From: Endomicrobiales bacterium | GTDB taxonomy: Bacteria; Elusimicrobiota; Endomicrobiia; Endomicrobiales; CAWCFT01 | Direction of reading: 5' to 3' | Length of the DNA stretch: 64,000 nt | Assembly (NCBI GenBank): GCA_963794945.1 | Contig: CAWCFT010000002.1 | Coordinates: forward strand, 117,581 to 181,580 | Shown: piece after piece, positions 22,613 to 33,128 of the stretch | Numbering within the stretch: the stretch's first letter is position 1 | How the letters are laid out: the number at the start of each line of letters is the position of its first letter | The notes under the pieces: generated by a model | Databases searched by the model: none | The model's input: the letters and a program-made list of their open reading frames with translations, nothing else | Told to the model about the DNA's origin: nothing | Position numbers and translations under genes: made by a program

Positions 22613-22730
22613 TAAAAAAACCACACTGAAGGCGTTCAATGTGGTGTTCGCAGCAGCAGATCGAGATCACTGCCACATCATTGTCTTCATACTACAGATA
22701 TATTTTATCTCTTTTACCGGACGATTGCAA
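22613..22730 (-). promoter_or_regulatory. Promoter, 7-codon leader ORF (MKTMMWQ, 22690..22667) and intrinsic terminator: putative attenuator
   Basis: Minus strand TTGCAA-N17-TAAAAT; ATGAAGACAATGATGTGGCAGTGA; terminator CCACATTGAA-CGCC-TTCAGTGTGG-TTTTTTT just upstream of the radical SAM start. Confidence 0.6.
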
Positions 22731-22821
22731 CACAAAAGCCTCAAATAAACAGGCGCCGTTCTTTGCCGTTAAGTATCCCCGAGTTCCTGCTGATAAGGAA
22801 CGAAGGGAATATCCCGCGAAG

Positions 22822-22930
22822 CGAGGAATCAATTTGATAAAAAGTGTTTTGGCGGCGACTTTCGCTTACTGGAGCCGCCAAAGTCAAGGCGGGCTGCGAT
22901 GCCCGTCGTCTTTTTATAAATTGATCCCGA
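22822..22930. repeat. Nested palindromic element (REP/MITE-like)
   Basis: Outer arms atcaatttgataaaaag / ctttttataaattgat enclose hairpins tttggcggc...gccgccaaa and ggcgggc...gcccgtc. Confidence 0.6.
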
Positions 22931-22939
22931 GCGCCCCAC

Positions 22940-22968
22940 TTTACAAATACTTCATTAAGTTGTAGAAT
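22940..22968 (+). promoter_or_regulatory. Sigma70-type promoter upstream of lpdA-gcv
   Basis: TTTACA-N17-TAGAAT. Confidence 0.55.
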
Positions 22969-23067
22969 CAACTCAAGACTGAAAAGCAAGTCTTTTTTTA
23001 TTTATACACGCGACCGCTGCAGGTAGCGTTATTCAAGGAGCCTCTGGCTCCTTCCGGAGTAGCTCCA

Positions 23068-24411
23068 CTGGAAAAAGCAACTTTCGATCTGATAGTAGTT
23101 GGCGCGGGCCCCGCGGGCTACAGCGCGGCCATACGGGCTTCGCAGCTCGGCGCTAAGGTTCTGCTTGTAGAGAAGTCTTCTGCGGGCGGCACCTGCCTCA
23201 ACAGGGGCTGCATACCCACAAAATTCCTGTGGGAAGCCCTGCACCTCGAATCCAGGATAAAAAAAGCCGCCGGCTACGGCATAACCGCCGAATTCAAATC
23301 CCTGTCTTTCCCTGACCTCATAGCGAAAAAGAACAAAGCCACCGAACTTCTTTCCAAAGGCGTAAAACAGCTCCTCGACAACTATACAGTGACCGTCATC
23401 GAAGGTTCGGCGGGATTTTCTTCAATTAAAAGCATCGACATAGTTTCGAAAAACGGCGAAAAGAACACCCATTATTGCGACAAATTCATACTGGCCGCGG
23501 GCTCGAGCCCCAGCAGCCTGCCCGGATACGCCTTCGACCACAAGAAAATAATAGATTCTACTGACGCACTTGAGCTTGTAGAGCTGCCCAAAACACTCCT
23601 CATCGTTGGCGGCGGCGCGATAGGCGTGGAGTTCGCGTCGATATTCGCGAGGCTCGGAAGCGAAGTTACACTTGTAGAAAAAGAGCCGAACTGCTGCCGG
23701 GCGAAGACCCGGCTCTGGCGGAGGAAGTAAAAAAATCGCTTGCAAGGGACGGGGTAAAAGTCAACACGGCTTCGGGCCCGTTCGAAGAACTGGCGAAAAC
23801 CTCGGATAAAGTGCTCATAGCCACCGGACGCAGAAGCAACGCGCCTTACCTGAACCTTGAAAAGACGGCCGTAAGGTATTCGCATAAAGGCATAGAGGTC
23901 AACAAGTTCCTTGAAACATCGCAGAAAGGCATTTACGCCGCGGGCGACGTGACAGGCAACTATTATCTCGCTTATATGGCTCAGGCCGAAGGGATCTGCG
24001 CGGCCGAGAACGCTTCCGGCATAAAGAAGGTTACGGACCACGAAGTAATACCTAAGGTAGTGTTCTCTAACCCGCCCGCCGCAAGTGTCGGCAGCACGAA
24101 CATAAGATCAGGGAACATCGTAGCGGGCACCTTCGCGTTTACGGCAAGCGGAAGAGCCTTTATAGAAAGCGAACGCAGGGGCTGGGTAAAGATAACAGCG
24201 GAAAAAGTGTCGGGAAAGATAATCGGAGGGCAGGTACTCGGGATCTGCGCCGAAGAGCTAATAGCAGTGATAGCGCTGGCCGTTAAGATGAAAATGACGC
24301 TGCGCAACCTGAGCCCGCGAGATATTTTTCCATCCATCGCTTTCCGAAGCCATACACGGCGCCTGCGAAGACGCCCTCGCCAAGTGCGTTGATTTGCCGA
24401 GAAAAATTTAG
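23068..24411 (+). CDS. lpdA: Dihydrolipoamide dehydrogenase (L protein), frameshifts near 23695 and 24315, apparent CTG start
   Basis: FDLIVVGAGPAGY, GGTCLNRGCIPTK, IVGGGAIGVEFA, IYAAGDVTG, C-terminal HPSLSEA. Confidence 0.88.
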
Positions 24412-24449
24412 TAACATCATAAATTCCCTGGCCTGTAAAGAGAGAAAAA

Positions 24450-25532
24450 ATGACCAAAAGAACACCGCTTTACGAAGAACACGAGAAACTTAACGCCCGT
24501 TTCACCGAATTCGGCGGGTGGGACATGCCCGTCATGTACACGTCAATAATGGACGAGCACAACGCTGTAAGGAATCATTGCGGAGTGTTCGACACGTCGC
24601 ACATGGGGACCTACATAATATCGGGCGCCGGCGCTGAAGCTTTTCTTACCCGCGTTACAACCGCCAATGTGAAAGCCCTGGTGCCGGGGCAGGCAAAGTA
24701 CACGCTGTTCCTCAACGAGAACGCGGGAATAATTGACGACCTCATAATTTACCGCAGAGCCAACGATTACGTCATGGTGGTCAACGCCGGCAATTCGGAC
24801 AAAGACCGCGCCTGGATGGAGAAGAACATCACACCGGACACTTCTATTAAGAACATAAGCGCCGACATATGCCTTATAGCGCTTCAGGGGCCGGATGCCG
24901 AAAAAATACTGCAGCCGCTTGTTAACGAAGATCTCTCGGCCATAAAATATTTTTATTCAATAGAACCTGCTTTCAAGGACATCAAAAAAGGTTTCACATT
25001 TCTCGCGAGGACTGGTTACACCGGCGAAAGCGGTTTCGAGCTGTTCGTTCCGAAAGAAGACGCGCCTGCTTTGTGGAGCCGCCTTGTTGAAAGCGGCGCC
25101 AAACCCTGCGGCCTCGGGGCCAGGGACACGCTCAGGCTGGAAGCCTGCATGCCGCTCCACGGCCACGAGATAAATGACGACATAGACCCCGTAACGGCAG
25201 AGCTCGGCTGGGCGGTTTACCTCGATAAAGATTTCATAGGCAAGAGCGCGCTTTTGAAGATCAAGGAAAAAGGCCAGAAGATGTACCTCACTGCGCTGAC
25301 GCTCGACTCCGGCATACCGAGGGCCCACTGCGAGATAAAGACCGGCGGCACCGCCGCGGGATCGGTCACCAGCGGCACTTATTCGCCGACATTGAAAAAG
25401 GGCATAGCCCTCGGCTACGTTGACCGCAAGATGAAGATAGGCGACGCGGTCTCAGTAGTTATACACGGGCAGAACAAGCCCGCCAACGTTGTTTTTAAAC
25501 CGTTCTATAAAAGAAAGAAAAAAAATATATAA
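24450..25532 (+). CDS. gcvT: Glycine cleavage system T protein
   Basis: KRTPLYEEH, FGGWDMPVMY, FDTSHMG, ARTGYTGESGFEL, CGLGARDTLRLEA. Confidence 0.97.
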   Translation: MTKRTPLYEEHEKLNARFTEFGGWDMPVMYTSIMDEHNAVRNHCGVFDTSHMGTYIISGAGAEAFLTRVTTANVKALVPGQAKYTLFLNENAGIIDDLIIYRRANDYVMVVNAGNSDKDRAWMEKNITPDTSIKNISADICLIALQGPDAEKILQPLVNEDLSAIKYFYSIEPAFKDIKKGFTFLARTGYTGESGFELFVPKEDAPALWSRLVESGAKPCGLGARDTLRLEACMPLHGHEINDDIDPVTAELGWAVYLDKDFIGKSALLKIKEKGQKMYLTALTLDSGIPRAHCEIKTGGTAAGSVTSGTYSPTLKKGIALGYVDRKMKIGDAVSVVIHGQNKPANVVFKPFYKRKKKNI

Positions 25533-25535
25533 TGG

Positions 25536-25655
25536 AAATCAAAAATCAAAGATTAAATATCAAAATTGTGGTGTCCGCCTTTGGCGGACTATTTGCAATA
25601 AGTTGCCGCAGGCAACACTTTAATTTTGATATTTGATATTTAATTTTTAAGTTTT
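25536..25655. repeat. Inverted heptad-repeat arms around GC hairpins
   Basis: aaatcaa-aaatcaa-agattaa-atatcaa on the left, ttttgat-atttgat on the right; inner tccgcctttggcgga and gttgccgcaggcaac. Confidence 0.65.
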
Positions 25656-25671
25656 ATTTAGGAGGCTTTTA

Positions 25672-26049
25672 ATGAACATTCCCAAAGAGCTGCGCTACGC
25701 GAAAACCCACGAGTGGGCCAAAAAAGAAGGGAAGAACGTAAGGATCGGCATAACCGACCACGCACAGCACGAGATAACCGACGTTGTGCATGTCGAGCTT
25801 CCAGCTAAAGGCAAGAAGGTTGAGAAGGGCCAGCCGTGCGCTGTAGTTGAGTCGGTCAAATCAGCGTTCGACATCTACGCTCCGGTTTCAGGCACTGTAG
25901 TTGAAGTCAACGAGAAGCTGAACTCGAACCCCGAGCTTGTAAACCAATCGCCGTACCAGGACGGTTACTTCGTTGTTATTGAAGCCTCGAACGCTTCTGA
26001 GTTCGATACTCTGCTGTCCGCAGAAGATTACGAGAAAACTTTAAAATAA
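25672..26049 (+). CDS. gcvH: Glycine cleavage system H protein
   Basis: YAKTHEW, IGITDHAQ, VESVKSAFDIYAPVSG (lipoyl Lys). Confidence 0.97.
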   Translation: MNIPKELRYAKTHEWAKKEGKNVRIGITDHAQHEITDVVHVELPAKGKKVEKGQPCAVVESVKSAFDIYAPVSGTVVEVNEKLNSNPELVNQSPYQDGYFVVIEASNASEFDTLLSAEDYEKTLK

Positions 26050-26057
26050 ATAACGGC

Positions 26058-26140
26058 ATTACAGATTACAAATTACCGATTACAGATTCAGCGGCAAAAG
26101 CATCCAGCACTTCAATTTGTAATCTGAAATTCGTAATGAT
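26058..26140. repeat. Inverted heptad-repeat element
   Basis: attacag-attacaa-attaccg-attacag ... ttgtaat-ctgaaat-tcgtaat. Confidence 0.65.
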
Positions 26141-26157
26141 GTTGGAGATATAACACC

Positions 26158-27496
26158 ATGGATTACATCCCTGTAAACGAAAAAGACAACAAGGAAATGC
26201 TCGAGAGCATCGGTATCAAAGACGCGGGCGAGCTTTTTTCAGTTATACCCGAAGAAGCCAGGATAGCAAAGCTCGACCTGCCGGAAGGCATGTCTGAGGC
26301 TAAGCTTGTCAAAGAGTTTGAAAGGCTCTCTAACCGCAATAGCTCTTCCAAGGAATGTGACTCGTACCTCGGCTCAGGCGTATACGAACATTTTGTGCCG
26401 GCTGTGGTAGGGGAAATAACCGGCCGCTCGGAATTCTCCACAGCCTACACGCCCTACCAGCCGGAAGCAAGCCAGGGCACTCTGCAGGCCATATTCGAAT
26501 ACCAGAGCATGATCGCGGAGCTTACCGGGCTGGACGTTTCCAATGCCTCGCTTTACGACGGAGCGAGCGCTGCTGACCGAAGCCGCTCTTCTTTGCGTGC
26601 GACAAACCGGCAAAAAAAAGATAGCGGTCTCGAAAGCCCTGCACCCCGAGTACAGAAAAGTCATAGCGACCTACATCGAAGGTTCAGATATAAAGATAGT
26701 TGAGATAGATACGGAAAACGGCGCGACATCTACCACAAGCGCAAAGAAACTCTGCGACGCAGAGACAGGCGGCCTGATCATACAGTCGCCGAACTTCTTC
26801 GGGATTATTGAAGACATGGCGGAGTTCAAAGCCGCGGCGCAGTCATCCGGCGCGCTTTTTGCGGCAGTAGTAAACCCTCTGTCCCTTGGCGTTCTAAAAT
26901 CTCCCGGCGAATCCGGAGCGGACATAGCGGTAGGCGAAGGCCAGGTGCTGGGAAACCCTTCAGGGCTTGGCGGGTTCACGTTCGGTTTCCTCGCGGTTAA
27001 AAAAGAGTTCGCGTGGAAGATACCCGGCAGGATAGTCGGCCAAACCATCGACAACAAAGGCAAACGCGGCTACGTGCTGACACTTCAGTCAAGAGAACAA
27101 CACATAAGGCGTGAAAAAGCCACTTCTAACATATGTACTAACTCGGCGCTCAACGCGCTCGCGGCCTGCGTTTATATGGCAGGTTGGGGAGCGGAGGGCT
27201 TAAAGAAGCTTGGACAGCAGAACATCTCAAAGAGCGCCTATGCGTTCGAACAGATCACGAAGATACCAGGATTTTCTCCGGCCTTCCCGGGCCAGCCGTT
27301 CTTCAACGAGTTCGCTGTAAAGACCAATAAGGCCCCCGAAGAGATATCGAAAATACTCCTTTCAAAAGATATAATCGGCCCGCTTGATATCAAGCCTTTC
27401 TATCCAGATATGCCCGGCACGCTTTTGTTCTGCGTGACCGAAACAAAATCCAAAGAAGATATAGATAAACTCGTAAAAGTTCTGGCGGAGATATAA
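26158..27496 (+). CDS. gcvPA: Glycine dehydrogenase subunit 1, frameshift near 26570
   Basis: TAYTPYQPEASQGTLQAIFEYQ, NASLYDGA, REQHIRREKATSNICTN. Confidence 0.93.
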
Positions 27497-27497
27497 C

Positions 27498-28940
27498 ATG
27501 GAAAAACAACTAATAGAGATGACAGAAATAGGGCAGACAGGCTACTCGCTCCCGGAAAACGACGTACCGGCTTTGAACCCCATACCGGAGAAATTCTTAA
27601 GGGAAACCGTTCCTAACCTTCCCGAGGTCAGCGAGCCCGAGATACTGCGCCACTTTACCCGTTTGTCCAGGCTCAACTACGCTCTCTCGACGAACTTTTA
27701 CCCGCTTGGCTCTTGCACAATGAAGTACAACCCGCCGGTAAACGAAGCCGTGAGCGGGCTGCCGGGCTTTAAATACATCCACCCGTACCAGCCGGAGTCA
27801 ACTATCCAGGGAGCGATGGAGCTTATGTACAACCTCTCCGAGAGCCTCTGCGAGATATCCGGCATGGACGCCTTCACGCTGCAGCCTGCCGCCGGCGCGC
27901 AGGGAGAGTTCACGGGCCTGCTTATAATAAACTCTTACTTTAAATCTAAAGGGGAGAAAAGGACAAAGATCATAGTCCCAGATTCAGCTCATGGCACCAA
28001 CCCCGCCTCCGCCGCGCTCGCCGGTTTCGAGATAATAGCCGTAAAATCTGGTCCCGACGGGCTGCTTGACGTAGAGAAGATCAAAGAAACACTCACACCC
28101 GACGTCGCGGCCATAATGTTGACCGTCCCCAACACGCTGGGCGTGTTCGAAAAAAATATTTTGAAAATATCGAAGCTCGCCAAAAAGAACGGCTCGCTCC
28201 TCTACTACGACGGGGCTAACCTTAACGCCATACTCGGCAACGCGCGCCCCGGCGATTTCGGTTTCGACCTTATCCATATCAACCTGCACAAGACATTTTC
28301 GACGCCCCACGGCGGCGGTGGCCCAGGCGCCGGGCCGGTAGGTGTCAAAAAACACCTCAGAGATTTTCTCCCGGTGCCAGTGATAGAAAAGAAGCGCGGC
28401 AAGTTCAGCTTCAACTATGATGCGCCGAAAAGCATCGGGAAAGTGCGCTCGTTCTACGGGAACTTTCCGGTGCTTGTCAAAGCATACGCTTACATACTTG
28501 GTCTTGGCGCGGAAGGACTTAGAAAAACCGGAACGCAGGCAGTCGTCAACGCAAACTACATGTTATCCAAACTCAAGAAGTTCCTACCGGCGCCCGCTGG
28601 AGAGCGTTGCATGCACGAGTTCGTCCTATCGGGGAAACCGCTGGACGAACACGGCGTTCACACGCTCGATGTCGCCAAGCGCCTGCTCGACTACAATTAT
28701 TACGCCCCGACCATATATTTCCCTACCATAGTTGATCAGGCCATTATGATAGAACCCACGGAAACTGAGACCAAGGCCACGCTCGACGCCTTTATAGAGA
28801 CCTTTATAAAGATACTTGAAGAGGCCAGGCAGGACCCCGAAATGGTAAAGCACGCGCCGCACACGACCCCGGTTAGAAGGCTCAACGAGGTCGAGGCCGC
28901 CAGAAAACCAATTTTAAAATGGGGAACTGTAAAGAGTTAA
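27498..28940 (+). CDS. gcvPB: Glycine dehydrogenase subunit 2
   Basis: FYPLGSCTMKYNP, SAHGTNPASA, HINLHKTFSTPHGGGGPG (PLP Lys). Confidence 0.97.
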   Translation: MEKQLIEMTEIGQTGYSLPENDVPALNPIPEKFLRETVPNLPEVSEPEILRHFTRLSRLNYALSTNFYPLGSCTMKYNPPVNEAVSGLPGFKYIHPYQPESTIQGAMELMYNLSESLCEISGMDAFTLQPAAGAQGEFTGLLIINSYFKSKGEKRTKIIVPDSAHGTNPASAALAGFEIIAVKSGPDGLLDVEKIKETLTPDVAAIMLTVPNTLGVFEKNILKISKLAKKNGSLLYYDGANLNAILGNARPGDFGFDLIHINLHKTFSTPHGGGGPGAGPVGVKKHLRDFLPVPVIEKKRGKFSFNYDAPKSIGKVRSFYGNFPVLVKAYAYILGLGAEGLRKTGTQAVVNANYMLSKLKKFLPAPAGERCMHEFVLSGKPLDEHGVHTLDVAKRLLDYNYYAPTIYFPTIVDQAIMIEPTETETKATLDAFIETFIKILEEARQDPEMVKHAPHTTPVRRLNEVEAARKPILKWGTVKS

Positions 28941-29014
28941 TGCCTGCGTTTTTAGTAAATATCTTGTGTATTGATTATTAAGCCGCCTAGTACTATACTT
29001 GTATCGGGTTAAAG

Positions 29015-30601
29015 ATGTTTCAGCGCAAGCGTGTAACTCTAATTATGATAATTCTACGGCGTTTTATCTTACCGCTGACAGTCCTTCCATTTCTGCTTAC
29101 CTCTATTTATGCCGAAGTTAAAATATCCAGCGTATACGGCAACGTTACAGTGCTGCACAACGGACAATGGTCGTTGGCCGACAAGGGAACTACGCTTGAC
29201 ATAAAAGACAGGGTCAAAACCGGCGACTCAAGCCGTGTCGTGCTTGTCATGGACGGCGCCACGCGCATATGGATAACCAAGAACTCGGACATGGAAATAA
29301 CCAGCACGGGAAATAACAGCCTGTTTAGCCTGCTCATGGGTAAGATACGCGCCAAGGTAAAGCTTTTCAACGGCGGCAAGTTCAGCATAAAAACCCCTAT
29401 ATCGGTCGCTTCGGTCCGCGGGACCGAGTTCGTCACGGATAGCGAAGGCCTGCTGGCAGTTATTGAAGGCAAGGTCAATTTCTCCGACTTGGACGCGAAA
29501 CAACAGATAGATGTCATAGCCGGTTTCGTAAGCGTCCTGAAGCGGGACGGGCAGATCAGCCCGCCGCACGAGATGACACGCGCGGAAAGGCACGAGCTGG
29601 AACGCGAGTGGAAAGAGTTTGGCCACATGGAGCAGGGCTCCAAATCAGCGCTTGACAAAAACAAGAAAACGCTTGCCGATATGAGGAACGACCTCAGGGC
29701 CACTATAAACGATATTAAAACCGGAGTTAACACAGCGAGGGAAATGACCAATGAGATAAAAGAAGCCGATATAGCTACAGGCAGGACACTGAGAGACGTC
29801 AACGGGAACGTGGTGCGCATCGAGCAGTACCTCCTTCGCCCCGACAACCAGACGTTCGAAGTGCTAAACCTCACCAAGAGAACCGATTATACATATGTTA
29901 ACAATACGGGAAACAGCAGTTTCGCGTTTACCGGACTGCCCAACAAGTCACGGCTTGATGTCGCGGACGTCAAGGTGACCATGAACATGAACCTTCCGAC
30001 ACAGCTTACAGATTGGCCGTCGTTCATGTCCGCGAACAGCGATAGCATCCACCCGCAGAAACTTGACATTTCTATTACGAACCAAACCGACACGATGGAG
30101 ATGGTTGGCAACTGGGGCCTGCAGGGCATCAACTACGACGAGAACGGCAAACTGTTGACAGAGAACAGGCTGGTTATAACGCCCTATATCAATGGATGGA
30201 AAGTCGACACTACATACCAGTCTTCAGGCGGCTCATCCTACCCGCCCAGCGGATCCAACACGACAACGCTGCAGGCGTGGGACATTTCGTCCCTGCAAAG
30301 GCTCACCAAAAGTGGCCAGTCCGATGAGTACGTTTATATCTACACCGCGGCCTACGGCATAAATAACAACGGAAGCATACTCAGCCTAAACGATTTCACA
30401 TCAAGCACGCAGGACCCCTTCACTATGTTGAAACAGGTGGCGGGGGAATCGATAGTTTTCGTAAGGAACAACGACTCTTCCAGGTCGAACTTTTTTTCGA
30501 GTACAGGCCCCGGGAACCTTGACCTCGTGGCAACGCCGGACCTCATGGTCAGCGTCGCCGAGAAACTTGCTTCGGGACTAGGCGATCTTACTAAGAAATA
30601 G
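29015..30601 (+). CDS. Exported FecR-domain protein with uncharacterised C-terminal domain
   Basis: Signal peptide; DRVKTGDSSRVVL...L..GKI...IKTPISVASVRGTEF...VIEGKV FecR pattern. Confidence 0.8.
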   Translation: MFQRKRVTLIMIILRRFILPLTVLPFLLTSIYAEVKISSVYGNVTVLHNGQWSLADKGTTLDIKDRVKTGDSSRVVLVMDGATRIWITKNSDMEITSTGNNSLFSLLMGKIRAKVKLFNGGKFSIKTPISVASVRGTEFVTDSEGLLAVIEGKVNFSDLDAKQQIDVIAGFVSVLKRDGQISPPHEMTRAERHELEREWKEFGHMEQGSKSALDKNKKTLADMRNDLRATINDIKTGVNTAREMTNEIKEADIATGRTLRDVNGNVVRIEQYLLRPDNQTFEVLNLTKRTDYTYVNNTGNSSFAFTGLPNKSRLDVADVKVTMNMNLPTQLTDWPSFMSANSDSIHPQKLDISITNQTDTMEMVGNWGLQGINYDENGKLLTENRLVITPYINGWKVDTTYQSSGGSSYPPSGSNTTTLQAWDISSLQRLTKSGQSDEYVYIYTAAYGINNNGSILSLNDFTSSTQDPFTMLKQVAGESIVFVRNNDSSRSNFFSSTGPGNLDLVATPDLMVSVAEKLASGLGDLTKK

Positions 30602-30613
30602 CGAATTTAAATA

Positions 30614-31374
30614 ATGAGAAACTTCTACACCCTACTACTTGCCGGGATATTGATTCTAGCCTGTTCCGCGCGCCAGCCTGCCCGCGCCGACGATTTTGCC
30701 AATTCACCGATGGGCAAAGAGCTCATCGACCTCGGCCTCAAATTCCTTGACGACCCCGGCGACTTCTTTTTCAACCTCCACACCGACAACGAAGACGTCT
30801 CTCCTCTTCCGCAGAACCGCAACGCTTCTGTGCGCTTCAACTTTTTGCCTACTACTCTGCCTTTTACCTGGGCCAACCTCAGCGCCAAGATAAAGCTGAA
30901 GAACGATATCGGCTACTGGCCGCAGATAGAACTCAACGGCGAGTACGGCGATATCCTGGCACTGCAGGCCATAAAATCTTCCAACGACGACGGACAGGAG
31001 ATCAAACCGTCCTTCACGGATTATTCAATAGGCATAACCGCGAGCAAGGCGATGAACGAGCAAACCAGGCTTTTCGGCGGCGTCAAGTTCGCCGCGGTCA
31101 ATATGGACGTAACGTTCTCTACTCCGGTAGTGCTGGGCTCTTTCAATATGCCCAGCCTGCACTTCAAGGTTTCCGACACATCCGTTTACATGGGCCTGAG
31201 CCAGAAAACCGGCGACGAGTGCTACACGGTGGCGCAGGTAAGCTACGGCTGCAACTATAACAAGATAACATCGAGGGTAATGCTCTGCTATCCGCACGTT
31301 GAGGTAGGCCTGGACATATTCCCGGAAGGGCTCTGGTCATTCAGCCGTTCCTTGCGTGGCACTGGTATTTTTAA
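30614..31374 (+). CDS. Probable outer-membrane beta-barrel or exported protein, frameshift near 31335
   Basis: Signal peptide; alternating strands; alternative frame ends VIQPFLAWHWYF* with a C-terminal Phe. Confidence 0.55.
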
Positions 31375-31377
31375 TCA

Positions 31378-32844
31378 ATGAAAAGAACGATCAGGCACAT
31401 CACTGTTTTGAGTATCTTAGCCGGCCTTGCGGGACTCGTGAACGCACAGGAGGCCACAGTACCGGCTGCCGCGCCGGCGGTTGTCGTCTCGTCTGCGGCC
31501 TTGCCTACGGCTCCTGCTGTGCCTATGGCGGCTCAAACAGTTTTGCTCTCAACTGAGAGTATAACGATGCCCTCACAAAGCCTGGCCATTTCGTCGACAG
31601 CTGTAACAAATTTAAACACACTAGTAGCATTGTCAACCGGCAGCGTCGCGGTGTCTACCGGTATCGCCTCGAACGTTATGGAATCGTCCGCGCTTGAAGC
31701 CCACGCGCTAAGAATAGTTCCCTACTATTCGCTGAACATCCTAGATGCGATATCGATACCCAGCGAGGGCGACACCCTGTTCCCGCTTGACCTCACCAAT
31801 GATCTGGGGTTAATGGCTAACATAAGCGAGAACAACGACCTCACCGGCTTCTACGAACTGAAATATACCGGCCCGGGGTTCAAAAAAGAAGAGGGCCAAA
31901 ACTTCACCGACAGGACCATGGACCACGTGGTAGTCTTGAAAGACGAGCAGAAGCTTGACGACAGGAACGTGGTAAAGGCCCAGCTGGACTACATGAAAGA
32001 GTATGTCCGGACCGGCGCCAACGAGGTCTGGGGCCAGGGGCTGTACGATTTCCAGCGCGTTGGCGGAGGAGTGTTCTTGGGCAGGCAGTTCACGAACGAC
32101 TTCTACGGCGAGGTCTCCCTGCAGTTCCACACGCTTGTGTTCCCTAACTACACCGACCTTCTGGCGGAGTACCAGGCCGGGGCGAACGCTGACAGCTCGG
32201 CCGGCAAACAAAACCAGAACGTCTACCAGGCCGGCGCCTCGGCGAAATACGGCGCCACTAACATGTCGCTGGGCGTAATGGTCATGGATTATACAAAGCA
32301 GAAGGTAATTACTCAGACAGTCCAACCGGACGGCACGTACTATAGCGGCGACCTGCAGAGGGACATGCTCCTGACCCTCAACGTCTCTCGCGAGCAGAAA
32401 CTCCTTAAATGCCTGATTGTAGTGCCGGCGATAACTTATAAGTACAAGGTTTCCAACCAGAACTACCAGGACTTCGCGACGCCGACTTCTACCGCGCCCG
32501 TCCAGTACGAGGACCAATTCTATAATTATAACGAGATCGACGCGGTGCTTCCCTTCACGCTTTTCATATCGAAAAAGTGGGACTTCTTCGCCAACTACGA
32601 GTTGGATATAAAAACCTACACCTCACGTCCGCCTCGCAACGCGAACGATGTTTTTGTTACCGGCACTCAGGCCAACAATATAACTATCTGGGGCGCGGGT
32701 TTTGTCTACAAGCCCAACGACGTGACAAGGACAACGTTTTTTTATCAATACCAGAGTGAAAGCTCAAATATGAAATTTGAAGAGTACCTGCCCTACAACT
32801 ACAGCGGCAACACCTTCGGAATCAACTTAAACTACAGCTACTAA
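31378..32844 (+). CDS. Probable outer-membrane beta-barrel protein
   Basis: Signal peptide, A/S/T-rich linker, amphipathic strands, C-terminal NTFGINLNYSY. Confidence 0.7.
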   Translation: MKRTIRHITVLSILAGLAGLVNAQEATVPAAAPAVVVSSAALPTAPAVPMAAQTVLLSTESITMPSQSLAISSTAVTNLNTLVALSTGSVAVSTGIASNVMESSALEAHALRIVPYYSLNILDAISIPSEGDTLFPLDLTNDLGLMANISENNDLTGFYELKYTGPGFKKEEGQNFTDRTMDHVVVLKDEQKLDDRNVVKAQLDYMKEYVRTGANEVWGQGLYDFQRVGGGVFLGRQFTNDFYGEVSLQFHTLVFPNYTDLLAEYQAGANADSSAGKQNQNVYQAGASAKYGATNMSLGVMVMDYTKQKVITQTVQPDGTYYSGDLQRDMLLTLNVSREQKLLKCLIVVPAITYKYKVSNQNYQDFATPTSTAPVQYEDQFYNYNEIDAVLPFTLFISKKWDFFANYELDIKTYTSRPPRNANDVFVTGTQANNITIWGAGFVYKPNDVTRTTFFYQYQSESSNMKFEEYLPYNYSGNTFGINLNYSY

Positions 32845-32862
32845 AATCCCCCGAGTTACAAT

Positions 32863-32983
32863 TTGAGACCGTTGAAAAAGTCCTCAACAGCCTTGATTAC
32901 GATGATAGACAACTGTGATTACAGCGATTAAAAACTTTAAATCACTGTAATCAGAGATTATTGAGGTTTTTCGATAATCTCAA
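32863..32983. repeat. TTGAGA...TCTCAA MITE-like element (related to 47322-47460)
   Basis: ttgagaccgttgaaaaagtcctcaacagccttg...gattaca...tgtaatcagagatta...ataatctcaa. Confidence 0.7.
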
Positions 32984-32984
32984 T

Positions 32985-33013
32985 TTGACATTTCCTACAT
33001 AAAATTGTAAACT
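32985..33013 (+). promoter_or_regulatory. Sigma70-type promoter for the sugar-binding protein gene
   Basis: TTGACA-N17-TAAACT. Confidence 0.65.
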
Positions 33014-33128
33014 TATTGTTCAAATTTAATGCAATAAAAAGATCTATCAGCGAGTAGCGTGTATTTCCGCCGGCCGTATTTTTTAACGGGCACCCGATCT
33101 AAAAAATCGTAAAATTCGTCGGAGCAAC

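Noticed and set aside
22740..24449. Glycine riboswitch upstream of the gcv genes
   Set aside because: No GGAGA...CCGAAG...CTCAGG aptamer pattern seen; the structure present is a nested palindrome.
29107..32517. Long antisense ORFs (e.g. 29107..29877, 31810..32517, also 10101..10748)
   Set aside because: Shadows of well-supported plus-strand genes, with no recognisable motifs.
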